Below, piece after piece: positions 40,416-52,691 of a stretch of 64,000 nucleotides of DNA; the stretch's first letter is position 1; every line of letters starts with the position of its first letter. Below the pieces are notes generated by a model. It worked only from the letters and a program-made list of their open reading frames with translations. It searched no databases and was not told the origin of the DNA. A program made the translations under genes and the position numbers. This DNA comes from Malacoraja senta (Eukaryota), in the NCBI GenBank assembly GCA_038087875.1, contig CM075989.1, forward strand, positions 11,036,001 to 11,100,000. The letters run 5' to 3'.

Positions 40416-40879
40416 ATGCTGCCTGTCCGGCTGAGTTACTCCAGCGCTTTGTGTCTATTTTCGGTTTAAACCAGCATCTGCAGTTCCCTCCTATACAAGG
40501 AACTGCTGATGTTATCTTAAAAACAAAAGACACAAAGTGCTGGAGTAATTCAGCAGCTTCGGAGTCGGGGTCAGACAGCGTCTCCAGAACATGGATAGGT
40601 GACATTTCGGGTCGGAACCCTTCTGCAATCCGATCAGCCTGGATGTGGTCCCGGAAGAACAGCAAGTGCGTGACTGCAAATAAAAACCTGCAGATGCTGT
40701 AAATCTAAAATAAAAGCAAAATCCTGGAAACACTCAACAGGTCAGGCAATGTCTTTGGTGAGAGAAATAGAGTAAATTTCAGATCAACTTTGCTTTTCTC
40801 AATGATGTCAATATCAACTACACAACTTCTTGCACATGGTCGCATCCCTCTATTCACAGCCTGTTCATGTGTCTGTCTA

Positions 40880-41320
40880 ACTGCTTATTTTATTATGCCT
40901 GCTTCCATTACTTCTCCTGGCAGCATGTTCCAGGCATTTACCATACTCTGCTTAAAAAAACTTGCCTGGTAAATCTCCTTTAAAAATTCTCCCGCTCCCC
41001 TTAAAGCTATGCCCTCCAGTATTTGACATTTCCACCCTGGGATAAAGACCGACCTATGTATTGTATAAAGACTGACATATGATACATTGTCTATGTATCT
41101 CACAATTTTATATACTTCTATCAAGTCTCTCCTCAGCCTTCAACGCTCCAGAGGAACCAATCTAAGTTTGTCCAACCTCTCCTGATAGCTAATACTCTCT
41201 AATCCAGGCAACCTCATGGTGAACCTCTCCTGCACCCTCTATAAAGCCTCCACATCCTTATTATAATGCAATGACTAGAACTGTACAGAATTCTACAAAT
41301 ACATCCCGACCAAAGCATGA
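40880..41320 (-). mobile_element. Degenerate CR1 fragment
   Basis: IEVYKI...FFKQSMVNAWNMLP. Confidence 0.75.
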
Positions 41321-43258
41321 TGTAAACATAGCAACAATGTTCTAATTCCTATGGTAGGACAGAACTAAAGATAAAAATAGAAGATGATCATCAATGAATT
41401 AATTTGAGATGTTCCAATTACAAATTAGAGTGAAATTGATGCATTTAAATGGAATCTTGATACATACAAGGGAGTAGAAAGATATGACATAAGGTGAGAC
41501 AAAGCTGAATGAGAGGGGCTGAATGGCCTTAAATGGGAATGAATACATTTGGGATGATCAACTGAAAACGTTAGAGGACTATCAATATCTCAGAAAGGCA
41601 AATTAGTCTAGTCAACTTGGCCGGCATGGACAAGGTGGGCCGAAAAGGCCAATTTTCCTTCTATACAGCTCTATGATTCTGAGAGTATTATAAGTAGGAA
41701 AAACATAGGATTTGAAAACCAGGAAACAATCTAGGTCAGAAAGGATGCATGAACAGTTTATGGTGTGAATAAAAAGACAAATTGGTTTTGTGCTGATAAA
41801 ATCGGGGAGGGGGTATCGGGAATCTATTAAATATGATGAAAAGTGAATCCTTCAACTAAACCTGATAAGCTTGTCAATCCTGACTCAACCATAGCACAAC
41901 AAAGACTGGGTTGATGCTAAAATGAGCTTCTACACTACAATTCACAATAACCCGCAGGCGTATCAATGTCAAATGTCTAAGGTATAAACGTGGTCAATTG
42001 ACTAATCGGTAGTTCAATGGTTCAAATGTTCAATTGTTCTTTATTATCATGTGTACCAAGGTGCAGTGAAATTCTTTTTTTAGCATACAGATCAGTAAAC
42101 TTATTGCCATAATTAAGTACAATCCTTCATTAAGTACAGAACGCATAGAAACAGCCCACTAAGTTCACATGCAAGTCACCAGCTTTTGGCTCCATTTTCA
42201 AAGTCCCCAGCTACAGCTGGCCATAAAGGTCCATTGCAGCCATTGCTCAGTGGTGAGTTGCAGATGCTCCTTTGACAAATTTGATAAATATCATTGATAA
42301 CATTAAAAGTATCTGAATGGAAAATTTTCAACTTGGTTTAATTTCAATTATGAATGAATTATTTTTGTTGTTAATCCTCAGTTGGTGTTGCCATCTGGAA
42401 TCTTCTGCTAAATATTTCATGCCAAAAGAATCTTTGCAGATCTATTTTTTTCTTTAGTTATGCTAATAATTTATGAAATTATATTAGAGAATGCATATTG
42501 TAACTCGATGACAAGAGAGTTGGCAAATGGTAAGGAGGTAAAGAGAGGTTTGCAAAGTGGGCAGATAAGTGGCAGCAGTAATTTGGCCTAGAGACGTGTA
42601 AAACTATTTGTTGAAAAGGGTAATAGAAAAAAAGTATTTGTTTAATGGAGGAACAGATGGGAATATTAGAGCAAGAGGAGATGTTTTAGTCTTGAGCCAC
42701 TTTGACCATTTAATGAACTGTGACCTTGCTCTGTAGGTATATATTTAGGTTTATTCTTGTCACCTGCATTGAGGTACTGTGAAAAGCTTTCTTTTTCATA
42801 CTTTCCAGACAAATCAAATATACTATTCATAAATACAATAAAGTCAAATTCGTACAATAGATAAAGCGGAGGGGAAGATACAGAGAGCAGAATATGGTTC
42901 TCAGTATCGTCGGCAATCAATTCCATGGACAAGGTCCAATGTCCACAATGGGGTTGAGGTGAATCAGACAGCATCCCATCAGAAGCCCCATCACAGAGGG
43001 AATGAAGCTGTTTCTCAGTCTGGTGATATGTGCTTTCAAGCTTCTGTGCCTTCTACTGAATGGCAACAGGGAGACGAAGGAATGACCAGGGTGTGACAAG
43101 CTTTGATTATGTTTACTTGCCTTTTAATACAACCTCACTTGTTTTGCCATTTGATCTCATCTGCCTTCAATCCTGCCATGGACCTTTGCTATTTTCCTAT
43201 CTCTGAACTGATTTAAGAACGACTTAATTCTAATTTTTCTTAGCATAGGTTACCACCA

Positions 43259-43945
43259 GGGGCGCCGTACGATTGGCAGCCCTGCCAACAGTCTGTCTGT
43301 TTTTTTCGTCTTTTTTAAATGTTTAGTGTGTGTTAAAAGCCTGTGTAAATGTTCTCCAATTTGTTTTATGTAGGGGTCGGGGGACACTTGTTTTCAGTTT
43401 CTTACCTTGCCGGAGATGCGATTGTTTTCCGGATCGCATCTCCGGCCGATCTGCAGCCTAGCATCGATGTAGCTGGAGGCCTCGGACTGACCTTGGGTCC
43501 CACCGTGGGGCGTGGATGTAACATCGGACTTGCCTGGGATCGCTCCAACCGCCTGTGGACTTTACATCGGGAGTTTGCAGTCTCCGGAGAGGCTAGTAGG
43601 GAGCTCCAACGACAGAGGCTCGAGCAGCCCTGACCCGGGGTCCAATCACCGGCACGGGGGAGCTGACATCCCCCCGGATGCAGGAGCCGATCACCCTGAT
43701 GCAGAGGGCTTCAAGATCGTCCCGCGGGAGAAAAAAGAAGGGAAGAGATTTGAACTTTTTATTGCCTTCCATCACAGTGAGCAATGTGGAGGTGTCACTG
43801 TGGTGGATGTTTATGTTAAAATGTATTTTGTGTGTTCCGTTGTGATTTTTATTGCATGACTGACTTGGCAAATGAAATTCCTCGTATGTTCCAAAACATA
43901 GTTGGCTAATAAAGTATTATTGTGATTGTGATTATGATTGATTGT
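43259..43945 (+). mobile_element. Related GC-rich non-autonomous retroelement
   Basis: GGCGCCG start, T-rich leader, same 3' CCATCACAGTG...CACTGTGGTGG hairpin, AATAAAG and (ATTGTG)n tail. Confidence 0.7.
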
Positions 43946-46900
43946 GACATGACTCTGTTTATGGATGTTGCATGACCTGCTGAGTATTTCCCAGCATCTA
44001 TGCTTTGTTTTCACAAACAAACTTGCTCTGGCCCATCCTTCCATCCTTGTAGAGTGTGTAGAGACACAATATAGAGACACAGCGCAGAAACAGGCCCTTT
44101 GGCTCGCTGAAGCCATTCCGATCATTAGTACTAATTCTATACAAAATCCAATTTTAATCTTCCCACATTGTTATTAACTGAGGTCAGTATGCTGAGATTC
44201 TCACATCTTTCACCTACAGTCCGGGAGAAATACATACTGGCTAATTAACATACTGACCCACATGTCTGTGGTGTGCCTAGGACAACCCAATGGTCACAGG
44301 GAGAATCTACAAACTCCACACAAATAATGCTTGAGGTCAGGATTGAACCTTAGTCTTTAGCGCTGTGTGGCAGTGACTCTACCAGCAACACCATTATACT
44401 GCCCAGAATGTTTCCCCATAATGCACTTATGTAGCTCCCACTTAAATGCACCCATGGGGTTCATCTCAACATCTCCCCAAGGGAGTGAATCTCACATTCT
44501 CACCACTCTGCCTAAAGGTGTTTCTCCCAAATTTCCTGCTAGATTTACAAACCATTGCAAAACAAATGTGGCATTAGGTAGGCCATTTGACCCAACCAGT
44601 CCATGGCAACGTTAATGTTTCACCTGAGCCTCATCACATCCTCATATAAAACTAGTAGTTGATCTTCTATTCCCTCTCCCTCATCTACTTCTCAAGCCTC
44701 CCATTCAATATATCTGTAATATTAACTTCAACCACGCCCTGGAGGAGAGAGTTCCACATTCATCATCGCAGTTCCACTCTTCTCATGAAGGGTCACAGAT
44801 CTGAAATGTTAACTGTTTCACTTTTACTGGAGGTGGAGAAGTCAATTGGGTTCAAATTGTGGAATCAGATAAGACTTTGATGGATTCAGATTATGAATCC
44901 GATCCCACTTTTACCAGATACTGTCTGATTTGCCATGTTTCTGTTTTATTTCAAGTTTCCGGCATCTGCAGTTTTTTATTTATTTATTTTCATTTTTGTT
45001 AATTGATTTACATTCTGCACACTCTTCTGAATTTCCTATTGAAATTCTTGGGGACTCTGGTTATGCTCTCCCTCACAAGTGGAAACACTCTCGCTATTCA
45101 ATCCACTTTGTCAAAACACTTTTCAACATTGCAAACTCTTTTACACCAGTCCTCATCCTTCTTTCCTGAAAGAAGTCCTAATCTGTATGCCATTGTATCC
45201 TAACAAGCATCCCCTGCACCCTCTCCAATGCCTCTATTCTATAACATGGCAACAAGAAGAATGGATTTCCTCCTTCCTTCCTTAGTGGCATTCTTGTATT
45301 GGAGACACAAGGGACTGAAGATGCTGGTACCTTGAGGACAAACCAACTACTGGAGGAAGTCAGCTAGCCAAGCAGCATCTGTGGAAGTAAATGGATGGGC
45401 GACATGTTGCGTCAGGACCCTTCTTCAGACTGATCGACTAGTAGAGGGCCGAGATGGCCTGTTTCCGTGCTGTAATGGTTATATAGAGTGGTAGCTGATA
45501 GTAAGTGGTGCAAATGGTGGAATCTGATAAGGAATAGCATGTACTTTCTACATTACACTCCCATCTTCCTTTCTAATCAGATTCCACCATTTGTACCCAT
45601 TTGTCCTCCATCTCCAGCCTTAGTTTCTATCTCCATCTGACTTTCCCCCACCTGCCAATTCATCCTTCGTCACCTGCATCCACCTATCACTACCTGTTGC
45701 CCCAGCACTTCTCCTCACCTCTTTCTATCTCCCCTCTACTCCAACCCAGAAACAAGCTCCTTATATTTATGGCTCATTGTTTTGGTTTCCTTCATGAACT
45801 TTTCCACATTACTCAATCAAATTCCCATATAATTGTAAGGACCTCTACTTCCTCAGCTCTACATCATTCTCTTTATCAGGAATAGGAGCCGCAAAGTGTG
45901 GCATTTCTCCTGATTGTCACAGCTTGCCAGTTCTTGCTTGGTTCTTGCAAATCTTCTTTACACCTTTTCCATTTATTTGCAACCTTTTCAGAACACAGGG
46001 GGGCACAGCAATACGTTATCAAAATGTTGCAAAATGTTAAAGTGTTAAGTATATTAAGTGTTAAGTATAGAACATTTTTTTAAATTAAGTGAGGCAGAAA
46101 GACGATTATCTGTTGTTCGATCTGTCACCGCTAGAGGACCCTCAGAGCAGCATCTGTGCAGGCAAGGGGATAGCTGATGTTTCGGGTCGAGACCTGCATC
46201 AGGACTGTTAATAATTATAGAAATAGAGCACAGCGACACACACTTCTGAGCACATCCATGTCGACCATCAAGTACCCCTATAAGTATCTTGTATGCTTGG
46301 AACTAGCATACCTGTCTCCGCAAACTCGATTAATAGGTTTAGGAGGGGGGAGGGGAGGGGGGGGGGTCATAGCACTTCAATAGATCTTTAGAAAATAAAT
46401 TTCAGATAGAAAAATAATCTATTAACGTAGTATAATGTAATTTTTTAGAATGGATCAAAGAAACACCCAGCTTCAAATCAAAGTTCAATTATAGAAATTT
46501 AACTTAGATTTCGCATCAGAGCCAAAATTGAGAGAGTCGTAATAATTGCTCAAGTTAATTCTCAGCTTCGGAAGTTTCATTTCATATAATTACAATAGTA
46601 CACCAGAGTAGGTGGGAAATATGTTCCACTTAATTATGTTTAACAATTAATAAACTGTTTGCTAAATAAACAGTTGTAAAACTGTTTGCCAAATACTAAT
46701 AGGGGTTGTCATGTTAATGGCAAGTCAGCGATTATCGTTTAACCTATTACACGATTTTAAACTCTAAAGTCCCATGGAAACAATTATTGAACTAAATCAA
46801 ATGTTAGTGATATAAATTGAAATACTTCATAAGTTTTAAAGAAATAAACACCATACAATATAATTGCAGCGTGAATATGTATATTTATTAACAATTCAAG

Positions 46901-46992
46901 AGCACTTTATATTTCTTCATAATTCACTTTCTCAACATAGGAACGACCCAAGGCGGTGTGGTGGCGAGGCTCTGGGAGAAACCCTGCAAGGT

Positions 46993-47310
46993 CAATAGAC
47001 AATAGACAATAGACAATAGGTGCAGGAGTAGGCCATTCGGCCCTTCGAGCCAGCACCGCCATTCAATGTGATCATGGCTGATCATCCCCAATCAGTACCC
47101 CGTTCCTGCCTTCTCCCCATATCCCCTGACTCCGCTATTTTTAAGAGCCCTATCTAGCTCTGTCTTGAAAGCATCCAGAGAACCTGCCTCCACCGCCCTC
47201 TGAGGCAGAGAATTCCACAGACTCACCACTCTCTGTGAGAAAAAGTGTTTCATCGTCTCCGTTCTAAATGGCTTACTCCTTATTCTTAAACTGTGGCCCC
47301 TGGTTCTGGT
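46993..47310 (-). mobile_element. CR1 3' fragment
   Basis: Same subfamily as the 27686 copy; (ATTGTCT)n tail. Confidence 0.9.
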
Positions 47311-47580
47311 CACCCCCATCACAATGACATTCACAGGCAATGGACATCTGACCCGGGGCTGCCCGGGGTGACACGGTCCGATCTCCCTTCCGCCCCTTGA
47401 CCGAAGTAAGTGGAGTGAAAGCGATGCAGTTATTCCCTCGTACCCCATTAGACAAATGAATTTGATGATCACACGTTGCCTTCGTTTAAGGAACAAATTG
47501 CAACTTCTAAAACATTGCACGGAGCTTCGATTTTGCAGTCTCTAAAGTGAGAGGGAAAGAGATCAACATCAGTCTAAACC

Positions 47581-48517
47581 CTGAAGAAGGGTTTCGGCCC
47601 GAAACGTTGCCTATTTCTTTTTAGATTAGATTAGATAGCCCTTTGTTGTCATTCACACCGAAGTCTGAACGAAATTGCAACAGTCATACATAAAACAACA
47701 ATAAACACATATTAACATCCACCACAGTGAGTCCACCCAACATCTCCTCACTGTGATGGAGGCAAAAGTCTTAGGTCTGCAGTCTCTTCCCTCCTCTTCT
47801 CCCTCTGCGCTGAGGCGATACCCCCCGGGCGATGTTTCCCGCGGCTCAAACACCGCGGCCCGGGGTGGTCGAAGCTGCCGCCCACCAGTCCTGCAGACGC
47901 AGCCGCTGGCCCGCGGCCGAACCCCGGACTCAGGCCACCACCGCCAGAACACCGTCCCAGCCACCCTCACGTGAGTACCGTGCCGTCTTCAGCCTCGGGC
48001 TGGGCCGCCCCGACATGGGCGCCGAACCTCCCCCGAGCCGGGCCGCCCCGACATGGGCGTCGCTTCTCCCTCCGGCCGGGCCGCCCCGACTTGGGCGTCG
48101 CTTCTCCCTCCGGCCGGGTGCCCCGACTTGGGCGCTCACGGGAGCACTGTTCCAGCCCTGAGCCGGACCACCCTCACGGGAGCGACCTTAGGGCGAGTCC
48201 TGACGGGCTCTGCCAACGGAGCCTCGAGGTCGCCACCTCCATTAGGCCTCAGCGCAGACGGAGTCAGAGAAGGGGAATACGACCAAAAGTCGCATTCCCC
48301 CGCAGGGAGAGACTGCAAACCCCGTTACAACCCCCCCCCCCCCCCAAAACACAAACTACAAACCAAAAACTAGACTAACCAAAACGAAATAAACAAACAC
48401 AAAAAACACAAACAAACAGGACTGCCGATGAGCCGCTGCAGCCAGTGCCGCGCCGCCACTTCCTTCGCTCCATAGATGCTGCTGCACCCGCTGAGTTTCT
48501 CCAGCATTTTTGTGTAG
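47581..48517 (+). mobile_element. Hammerhead-core short element (Penelope terminal-repeat derived), exemplar copy
   Basis: CTGAAGAAGGGTTTCGGCCCGAAACGTT core; flanked by a CATCAGTCTAAACC direct repeat; carries a nested insertion. Confidence 0.75.
47618..48459 (-). mobile_element. GC-rich non-autonomous retroelement, copy 2, nested in a hammerhead-like short element
   Basis: Reverse-complement homolog of 16403-17431 with fewer internal units and the same (CTAAT)n tail. Confidence 0.85.
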
Positions 48518-48832
48518 CATCAGTCTAAACCCATCGCGCTTCTGCATTTAATCACACATTTTCAAGTGAAGGGCTTGCATAGCAGTGATCTTTTTCTTTC
48601 GAGATGATTATTCTACATCGGATTTATCCAGTTGTTAATCGCCGTCACAACAATTCCGATACCTTCCCTCAGCAGTCTCCCAAGACAGTCGGTTTATTGG
48701 GGTTTGGCTGTGTGGTGCAGTTAGAGGGACCGTTTTCACATCGACTGTTAGAGTCAGAGTCTCGGCTGTAATGTGCGATCTTAATAATGTTCAGACGCAT
48801 TCCGACCTGCATGTGCGTGGGTTCCCGATTAT

Positions 48833-49867
48833 TTACCGGGCCGGAGAAGGTCGTATTGCAACCTTGTGCACCAAAGCCGGCGTGGATATCTTCCAGAAGA
48901 TCTCTTTCATAGATTTCCTGAACTCTCTCCTCATTAAGCAGTAGAGAACTGGGTTGAGGCAGCTGTTTGTGTGTGCCAAGCACACGGTGACGGGGAAAGC
49001 ATAGGACTGCATGGAGTAGTAGGTCTTGTCCCAAGGTATCACGTTGAGCTTGACCAAGACGCCCCAGAATGTGATGATGTGGTTGGGCAGCCAGCAGAGG
49101 AAGAAGGTGAGCATAAGGATGGTGATGGATCTGGTTACTGTCGACTTTCTCTTGGTGTTTTTGTTGCCCATGTGTTGTTGTCTCAAGAACCTGAGGAGGA
49201 GCAGATAACAGACCGACAGAATGACCATGGGCAGAACAAAAGCCAGGACGATCTTCTGGATGTGGTAGAGTGCGAGCCAATATTGGCCATCGTCGGGGAA
49301 GTCCAGCAGGCAGAGGTTCTCGCCGGCAGTGTTGCTGACAGTGGAGAAGATTGCGGTGGGTAGCGTGGCCAGGCCGGCGGCGGACCAGAGAAGGACACTG
49401 ATCCACTTGACCGAGCATGGCAGCCCGCTACTCCTGGCCTTCAGAGCCGATGCCACCGACCAGTAGCGGGCAATGCCCATTGCCGTCAGGAAGAAAACGC
49501 CGGCGTACATGTTCATGACAGTGACTGACTGTATGATCTTACACATGGCACCCCCGAAGGGCCAGCTGAAGTCCAGAGCCGTGTCCACCGCCCAGAAGGG
49601 CAGGGTCATGACGAACTGAAAGTCGGTCACCGCCAGGTTGAGAATGAAGACGCAGATGGTGGATTTGCTGCGCCCTGGCTTCGCCTTCATCAGGAGAAAG
49701 ACCAGCAAGTTCCCGACAAGACCGACGGCGCAAACCATCGAGTAGGTGATGGAGATGATTATTCTCAATGCAGGGGAGCCGTCCCCGTGGAAATCCATCT
49801 CACACAGACTGCAGTTTTGGCTGGAGTTGTAAATCCGCACGGTAGCGTTCAACATAAAATCGCCCAT
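48833..49867 (-). CDS. RXFP3: Relaxin-3 receptor family GPCR (RXFP3-like, rxfp3.3 type), intronless, 344 aa from the ATG at 49867
   Basis: Seven-TM class A GPCR: GLVGN, NLAVTDFQFVMTLPFWA, ARYWSV (the TRY position), CWLPNH, HTNSCLNPVLY. ATG in a GAGATGG Kozak context; N-glycosylation sequons in the N-terminus. Paralog assignment is from recall. Confidence 0.9.
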   Translation of the reverse strand: MGDFMLNATVRIYNSSQNCSLCEMDFHGDGSPALRIIISITYSMVCAVGLVGNLLVFLLMKAKPGRSKSTICVFILNLAVTDFQFVMTLPFWAVDTALDFSWPFGGAMCKIIQSVTVMNMYAGVFFLTAMGIARYWSVASALKARSSGLPCSVKWISVLLWSAAGLATLPTAIFSTVSNTAGENLCLLDFPDDGQYWLALYHIQKIVLAFVLPMVILSVCYLLLLRFLRQQHMGNKNTKRKSTVTRSITILMLTFFLCWLPNHIITFWGVLVKLNVIPWDKTYYSMQSYAFPVTVCLAHTNSCLNPVLYCLMRREFRKSMKEIFWKISTPALVHKVAIRPSPAR

Positions 49868-50502
49868 CTCTTCCAACTTGCTGCATTCGAGTGGCGCCGG
49901 ACGAACTAATGAGATTGTAGACAACTCGGAGCCAGCGCCAAACAAAATCCTTTTAAAAAGTACATAAAATAAACTTTTTTTCTGTGCAATTGCAGCTGAC
50001 AGTCCGGTGTGCAGCGTTGCTGCAGACCTTGCGACAGAGTCCCCGGCGCACCTGGGCGCCAGTTGCCGATCTTGTCCTCTGAAGACAAGGCGGATCTCCG
50101 GTTTGAATCAAGTCAACCTGGACCGCCCACCCTTTCCCCGCTCCCATTGGCCTCGCCTTGGACGGCTTCGTGCAGCAACCGGTCCTTGGACAAGTCCATC
50201 AGGCGGCAGAGGCGGGGTTCTGCCCCTCCACGCTCTGTGCTGTCCAGGGTGCTGAAGACGCGATATCTTCGATCGGGGGTAGGGAAAATATCTTTGCAAA
50301 TTCAGGGGAGATTAAAAATAAAGCTCTCGATTTTTGCGCAAGCAATGTGTTTATTTCCAGTTGTTTAGTTTGTACAAGTAGTTAATAAACGTGGGAGTGG
50401 AAAACATGGGTATTTCATCGTCGAAGCAGGAGGATAGCGGGAGGGGAAGGGCTCTTGTGTGTCGAGGGTCCCGACCTCACCGGGATCAGACGTAGGAAGG
50501 TT

Positions 50503-50750
50503 GTGTAGGAAGGAACTGCAAATGCTGGTTTACACCAAAGGTAGACACACAAATGCTGGAGTAACTCAGCGGGACATGCAGCATCTCTGGATAGAAGGAA
50601 CGGGTGACGTTTTGAGTCGAGACCCTTCTTCAGACGCAGAGCGACCACCAGTCTGAAGAAGGGGCTCGACCCAAAACGTCATCCATTCCTTCTATCCAGA
50701 GATGCTGCCTGTCCCGCTGAGTTACTCCAGCATTTTGCGTCTATCTTCGG
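50503..50750. mobile_element. Inverted dimer of the hammerhead-core short element
   Basis: Head-to-head copies centred near 50640. Confidence 0.8.
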
Positions 50751-52691
50751 GAGGAGGAATGGGTCAGTTTCTTCCACAGTTATCCCCGCCCGAGTGCAAG
50801 TGCGATGTAGGAGATTCCTTTCGTCAAATAAATACACCCCGCTGTATCCGTTGGTGGGAAAGGGGGCCCGTTTGCCCGACGCCTCACTGTTACCACGCCG
50901 TGGCCGAGGGCACCTCCTTTTAAACTCCAAAATATGGATTTAACTTCAGCTTGCTTCTATTTAACACCGTGGTTAAAATCAGGAAATGTGAGTTTAATGC
51001 GAAACCGAAATCAAGTGTCCGTGTCGAGTGCTTCTGCACCTTGGAAGGAGGTTTGACAAAGAAACAGAGAGCGACAGTGCAGCGATAGATCGACACGGGT
51101 GACATTCCAGACTGAAGAGACTGATTGTCATCAGCTTAATCTGCAATGATCATCACGGGGAGGCGCACGAAACACCAGCAATTCTTCTTCTAGATCCCGA
51201 GGGACGGGTTATTCTCCGGACCTGGGACATTTATACTTTTCCGGGGGAGATTGTTGTTGCATGCCATTCCAATAAAAACATAATTAAGGAATTCTATTAA
51301 GGCAATGTTCAATATATTCAACATCCGATTCAGTGGCATTTCTAGTTTCATTTTGTTCTCAGGGAGTTGCGAACAGATTTGCTTTGTTCACAAGCAGCAG
51401 CAGCAGCAGCGGAGAATGTAAAATAATCTGTGGGTGTTAAGCGGCTTCAGCGCTGAAGTGTAGATCTAGCTTTACTGTCACCCGCCGGGGACGGATGAAA
51501 TTTCAGAGACGGGCGCCCATTGCATAACAAATACAGTTCTCAGTGAAGGCTGGCGAGTGGTTTGGAGGCTGGAAATTTTCCTGTAGGTGTTTGGGGTCAT
51601 GTCGATCATCTCTGGCGTTGTTAACAAGTCCTTGACGATGGGTGGGTAACTGGGATAACAGGCCGATTTTTAGCTCCTCGTAAAGAAGAAGACATTGCGG
51701 ATTAAAAAGCAACGGCAAGAGGAGCTCAACGGGTTGGGGGATCATCTGTGGAGGCAAGGAAATAGTCGACGTATTGGGTCGAGATCATGCATCAGGATTG
51801 AGAGTGTAAAGGGGAGAGGGGTAGTATAAAGAGGCGGGGGGGGGGTTGACTTGCTAAGCGACGGGTGGTTCCTGGAGAGGAGAGGGAGGATTGAGGAGTC
51901 ATGCTGGCTGAATAACTTCAGTGGACACGAGATGACCACTGTGACATGGCAAGCTTTGGTGTCATGAATCCCAAGGTTTACATTGAGAATTGCCACACCT
52001 CAGCTCTGGATCAAACAAATCGATCAATTAATATAATAAGCTTCATTGATATAATTAGTCAACAACTCCAACACCAGCCAGGATTAGATACAAACATGGT
52101 TGACTTGTATCTCTTGAACTCCACCAATTGCCATGTTTTCATGTCATTTGCCTTAGAGAAATATTTTTGAAAAAGGGAAGCCGCACAACAGTCTACGCTG
52201 TACTTCTGAAGTGTAGTCACCTTCACAAGGTAGAGTTCTGCACGGACAATGTGTGCATAGCAAGATCCCACAAGTGGCAAACTCTTGTTGTCCAGGCAAT
52301 CTCTCTTTCTTTTGGTTGGATCTAGGCTAAATATTGGCCAGGTCATCTTCCTTATTTTTTCTTTCAAATAGTGGGCTTTAAAATTACTAGCAAGGGTAAC
52401 CAACATTCTAGCTTAACATCCCTGCCTAAAGGTCCACTGTTTGCAGGTCACAGCTCTTCAAATAAATATCCCAGTAAACTGAAATTACTGAGAATTTCTG
52501 CCTCTACCACCGTTTCAGGGGATGGCTTCCTGACCACTCTCACTCACTGGGTGAAATTTCCCCTCCTCCAACATCTCACCAAGAATCTTTATAACAATTA
52601 CTTTTATTCCCAATGTAAAGTAATTGGTGTAAGAATATTTGGTGAGATTTCTGACTTCTCTGCAAAATGAAATAGATAAATCCTATAGTTA

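Noticed and set aside
48669-49418. 249-aa ORF overlapping the GPCR
   Set aside because: Alternative-frame shadow of the receptor; only its last 59 codons look meaningful (see the frameshift finding).
49868-49945. N-terminal extension of the GPCR ORF in the supplied track
   Set aside because: Begins at a non-ATG codon; the first ATG, with good Kozak context, is at 49867.
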